Positions 7,261 through 10,079 of a stretch of DNA of 10,079 bases are shown piece by piece. A program made the position numbers and the translations under genes. Source of the DNA: Sulfurovum sp. (GTDB lineage: Bacteria; Campylobacterota; Campylobacteria; Campylobacterales; Sulfurovaceae); assembly GCA_002733355.1 (NCBI GenBank), contig NVVN01000014.1, forward strand, positions 25,114 through 35,192, written 5' to 3'. The notes beneath the pieces are model-generated. The model was not told the origin of the DNA and made no database searches. It worked only from the letters and a program-made list of their open reading frames with translations. The first letter of the stretch is position 1. The number at the start of each line of letters is the position of its first letter.

Positions 7261-8315
7261 GTCTTTCACTTTATGAACAAATATACCAGATGGATAACCT
7301 TTATCTTGCTTCTAAAAATGCGATGAAAGGTAAAAAGTCTAAGTCTGCAGTAGCAAAGTTTTGGTTTTATGAAGATGAAAAACTAGCCCATATCCATGAG
7401 TTACTTAAAAGTAGAAAATATAAATTTGGTCGATATACAGAATTTACGATTAACGATAATTCTGTTATGAGAAAAATATCTGCTGCTCCTTTTGTAGATA
7501 GAGTTGTACATCATGCTATTATGAATGTACTGGAGCCACTCTTTGAAAAAAGTTATATCTATGATACCTATGCCAATAGAAAAGGCAAAGGCACACTCGC
7601 GGCTTTAAAACGTGCCAAATACTATGCCAATAAATACAAGTATGTACTGCAGATAGATATCAAAAAGTATTTCCCTTCCATAGACCATGAAATACTCACA
7701 GCAATGCTGTACCCAAAAGTACAATGTAGCGAGACTATGCTAATGTTAGTGGGGCTTATAGAAAATTCAAACATGCAAGATGATGCGTATTTTTATTTTG
7801 ATGATGACACGTTATTGACTCCCTATGAAAGAAGAAAAGGCATACCTCTAGGTAACCTAACGAGCCAGTTCTTTGGCAACTGGTATTTAAACGAGTTTGA
7901 CCACTATATAAAAGAAGAGCTTAGAGTAAAAGGCTATATCCGTTATGTAGATGATATGACATTTTTTTCTAATTCTAAAGATTTTTTAGAAGACTTGATT
8001 TTAGTAGTTGACAGTTATTTGGATAGGTTTAGGCTTAGAATACATCCTTATAAGACAGTACTACAAAAGAGTACTGATGGCATAGTTTTTCTAGGACATA
8101 AAGTGTATGGTACACATTTTAGACTCACTTCTAAAGCTTTAAATAGAGGCAGAAAAAATTTAAAGAAAGTGAAATATGCCTATAAGTACAATAAGATAGA
8201 TTTACAACAAGCCAAAAATAAGATATTTGGCTCTATTGGTTTTTTTAAAATGGGTAAAAATAGTTCTATGATAGACGAGCTACTTGCACACACTTCTTTA
8301 TGTAGAAGTGTGTAG
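7257..8315 (+). CDS. DGR reverse transcriptase
   Basis: Motifs RKISAAPFVDRVVHHA, RKGKGT, DIKKYFPSIDH, GIPLGNLTSQ (DGR-type SQ), YIRYVDD and FLG. About 350 aa with no maturase or endonuclease extension. The likely start is ATG 7257, overlapping the avd stop (ATGA); the ORF track starts at 7239. Confidence 0.95.
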   Translation: MSLSLYEQIYQMDNLYLASKNAMKGKKSKSAVAKFWFYEDEKLAHIHELLKSRKYKFGRYTEFTINDNSVMRKISAAPFVDRVVHHAIMNVLEPLFEKSYIYDTYANRKGKGTLAALKRAKYYANKYKYVLQIDIKKYFPSIDHEILTAMLYPKVQCSETMLMLVGLIENSNMQDDAYFYFDDDTLLTPYERRKGIPLGNLTSQFFGNWYLNEFDHYIKEELRVKGYIRYVDDMTFFSNSKDFLEDLILVVDSYLDRFRLRIHPYKTVLQKSTDGIVFLGHKVYGTHFRLTSKALNRGRKNLKKVKYAYKYNKIDLQQAKNKIFGSIGFFKMGKNSSMIDELLAHTSLCRSV

Positions 8316-8549
8316 AGGTAGTACCTTCGCGGCGGTTCGTGGAACAATAATGCTAATAACACAGAGTCGACCAACCGTAACAGGAACAATCCTAGTAATA
8401 GTAACAATAATATTGGGTTTCGTCTCCAGAGTACTTTTTGTGCCAGAGTTTAATGCAGTGATGTTTTAAAGTGTGCAATTTTAAGTTCACTACCTCTTCA
8501 CCTTTTTGGTGTATTCTTGGCAATAAGATTTAGTTTTGATTCTTATTGC
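8284..8549 (+). ncRNA. Predicted structured DGR RNA (5' flank, TR, 3' spacer); boundaries approximate
   Basis: Complementary segments: 8310-8322/8489-8501 (12/13), 8284-8291/8471-8478 (8/8), 8288-8297/8304-8313 (10/10) and 8520-8528/8541-8549 (9/9). Confidence 0.55.
8324..8431 (+). repeat. DGR template repeat (TR)
   Basis: Non-coding copy of the VR beginning 8 nt after the RT stop. In the VR frame it has 13 AAC/AAT codons and 36 adenines in total. Confidence 0.96.
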
Positions 8550-8566
8550 TATGAATGTATCTTGGG

Positions 8567-8583
8567 TATAATATTTTAAAGGA
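8567..8583 (+). promoter_or_regulatory. -10 box (TATAAT, 8567-8572) and SD (AAGGA, 8579-8583) for the YkuD gene
   Basis: Motif matches upstream of ATG 8594. Confidence 0.5.
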
Positions 8584-8593
8584 CTTTAACATA

Positions 8594-9289
8594 ATGAAAA
8601 ACATTTTACTTGGATTATTACTTGTTACGATGACCCTACATGGACAAATCCCTGATACAAAACAACTTATAGTAGTAACAACTAAAAATTGGTCTACATC
8701 AAATGGAACGCTTCAGCGCTTTGAAAAACAAGATAATAGTTGGACAAAGGTTGGAAAAGCTATAGATATTAAACTAGGACGTAATGGTTTAGGCTGGGGA
8801 ATAGGCTTGCACACTGTTCCTAAAGATGCAAAAATTATCAAAAAAGAGGGCGATGGTAAAGCACCAGCGGGTATTTTTACCTTAAAACAGGCTTTTGGAT
8901 ATGCGCCCTTTAAGGTTAAATACCATTATACTATCTACAAAGAAACAGACCATTGTGTAGATGACATGCACTCAAAACTTTATAACAAAATAGTAGACTC
9001 CAACAAAGTAGACATAGACTACAAAAGTAAAGAACATATGCGTTTTCCAAAAGACTACTACAAGTATGGTATCGTTGTAAATCATAATCATATAAATGAA
9101 GCAGGAGCTGTTAAGGGTGCAGGGTCTTGTATATTTATACACATCAAAAAAGTAGCTACTGCAGGGTGTACAGTTATGAGAGAAGATGAGATGAAAGAGA
9201 TTATACAGTGGCTAGATGCGAAAAGTGAGCCTTTGTTGGTACAGGGGACTGTTGGGCTTGTGAATGGGTTGATGAAAATTGTAAAATGA
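8594..9289 (+). CDS. Exported L,D-transpeptidase-family (YkuD-like) protein
   Basis: Signal peptide MKNILLGLLLVTMTLHG; motifs GRNGLGWG and KKEGDGKAPAG; catalytic GSCIFIH...TAGC. The start is moved from 8555 to ATG 8594 on SD and signal-peptide grounds. Confidence 0.85.
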   Translation: MKNILLGLLLVTMTLHGQIPDTKQLIVVTTKNWSTSNGTLQRFEKQDNSWTKVGKAIDIKLGRNGLGWGIGLHTVPKDAKIIKKEGDGKAPAGIFTLKQAFGYAPFKVKYHYTIYKETDHCVDDMHSKLYNKIVDSNKVDIDYKSKEHMRFPKDYYKYGIVVNHNHINEAGAVKGAGSCIFIHIKKVATAGCTVMREDEMKEIIQWLDAKSEPLLVQGTVGLVNGLMKIVK

Positions 9290-9305
9290 TATTTTCATAT
9301 GCATA

Positions 9306-10079
9306 TTACTTCCCTTCCAAAAACGCTAAAACCCTCTCGTTTGTATAGTTATAAAAAGGATTCCATCTCTGTCTAAGTAGTGTCTCAGCAGAAGTTTGGA
9401 GTACACCTGTCTCTCCGTAGATGGACAAGTGACCTAGTTGTATACCTGGGCTTTTTGGTGCGTCTTTACTTCCATAGAGTGGATCATTTGGGCTCATGGG
9501 TATGGCTAAGTGGGAGAGTGAGTTGAGACCTTTTGTCCATTGGTAAGGCAGAGGGTTTACTTTCTTATGGTTAATGATTTGTTCTACTGTGCGGTTTTTT
9601 GTGTTGATATTACTGATAAGTTCAAAGGTGTAGTTACCATGTATGGGTGTATCACGCAAGGCTTGTATTTGTGTGATTTTGGCTTTCTTGATGAGGTGAT
9701 TGCGGCTGAAATTGTGGTTGATGTCAAAAAGTACGAGAGTATGATCGCCTTTTGGAAGTCTGTTATATAGTTTGCCTATGACTGCGGGTATGGAGACTGT
9801 ACTGTCCACGATAGATGCAAAACTAAGTACGGGAGGAAAGGTTTTTTTATTAGGATGCTTTTCAAGGGTATCAAACTGTTTTTGTACTTCATTGCTGAGT
9901 CTATAGACTTGGTCTCCTGCATTGACAGCAAATGAATTGTATTTGAAAGGGTCATATTCTGGGTTTAGTGAATTCCATTCTAGTTTTGGCAAACCCAATA
10001 TATAACCAAAACGACTTTGCCATACAGCTAGAGGTGCAGCTTTACTGACGCCTATGGCGGGTGAATAAAAGATAAGACT
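9306..10079 (-). CDS. Probable alpha/beta-fold hydrolase, C-terminal part; runs off the right edge
   Basis: The frame stays open to the window edge (SLIFYSPAIGVSKAAPLAVWQ...). It has a post-nucleophile LIFYSPA strand, a candidate catalytic Asp (SIVDSTVS) and His (SLSHLA). The nucleophile motif is outside the window. Confidence 0.6.
   Translation of the reverse strand, partial: SLIFYSPAIGVSKAAPLAVWQSRFGYILGLPKLEWNSLNPEYDPFKYNSFAVNAGDQVYRLSNEVQKQFDTLEKHPNKKTFPPVLSFASIVDSTVSIPAVIGKLYNRLPKGDHTLVLFDINHNFSRNHLIKKAKITQIQALRDTPIHGNYTFELISNINTKNRTVEQIINHKKVNPLPYQWTKGLNSLSHLAIPMSPNDPLYGSKDAPKSPGIQLGHLSIYGETGVLQTSAETLLRQRWNPFYNYTNERVLAFLEGK

Larger units (their letters stand above)
4175..8501 (+). mobile_element. 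Complete diversity-generating retroelement cassette (target/VR - avd - RT - TR)
   Basis: All four core components are present, co-oriented and with open reading frames. TR-VR divergence is adenine-specific. Confidence 0.95.

Noticed and set aside
7257..8315. RT as a group II intron, retron or CRISPR-associated RT
   Set aside because: The SQ motif, small size without maturase or endonuclease domains, adjacent avd and an A-specific TR/VR pair all indicate a DGR.
8324..8431. TR as a duplicated gene fragment, CRISPR array or AAT microsatellite
   Set aside because: There are only two copies and no spacers. The mismatches are exclusively at adenines, which simple duplication and drift would not produce.
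6593..8469. Short ORFs 6593-6817(-), 6696-6908(+), 8180-8407(-) and 8284-8469(+)
   Set aside because: These are off-frame or antisense shadows of VR and TR. Their mutual similarity simply reflects the repeat.
9297..9306. Palindrome ATATGCATAT between the convergent YkuD and hydrolase genes as a terminator
   Set aside because: Too short and AT-rich, with no loop, to support a terminator call.

Overview
AT-rich bacterial chromosomal window. It is probably from a Campylobacterota genome (Sulfurovum/Sulfurimonas-like), inferred from the LpxB and QueH sequence style and the TGnTAtAaT extended -10 promoters. Housekeeping genes flank it: queH (partial), lpxB, a SixA-like phosphatase and an NhaC-family transporter on the left; a YkuD L,D-transpeptidase and a partial alpha/beta hydrolase on the right. 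Between them is an accessory island (~3170-8550) holding a RelE/ParE toxin relic, an attC-like palindrome, an intact RHH/RelE toxin-antitoxin pair and an apparently complete diversity-generating retroelement (DGR) in the order target(VR)-avd-RT-TR. The template repeat (8324-8431) and variable repeat (6670-6777) differ at 10 of 108 positions, all at TR adenines in AAY codons. The diversified target is unusual: a predicted cytoplasmic KAP-family P-loop NTPase fused to a C-terminal FGE-sulfatase/C-type-lectin-fold domain. This suggests a hypervariable intracellular sensor, possibly anti-phage (inference). The TR flanks are mutually complementary and predict a structured DGR RNA that overlaps the end of the RT gene.
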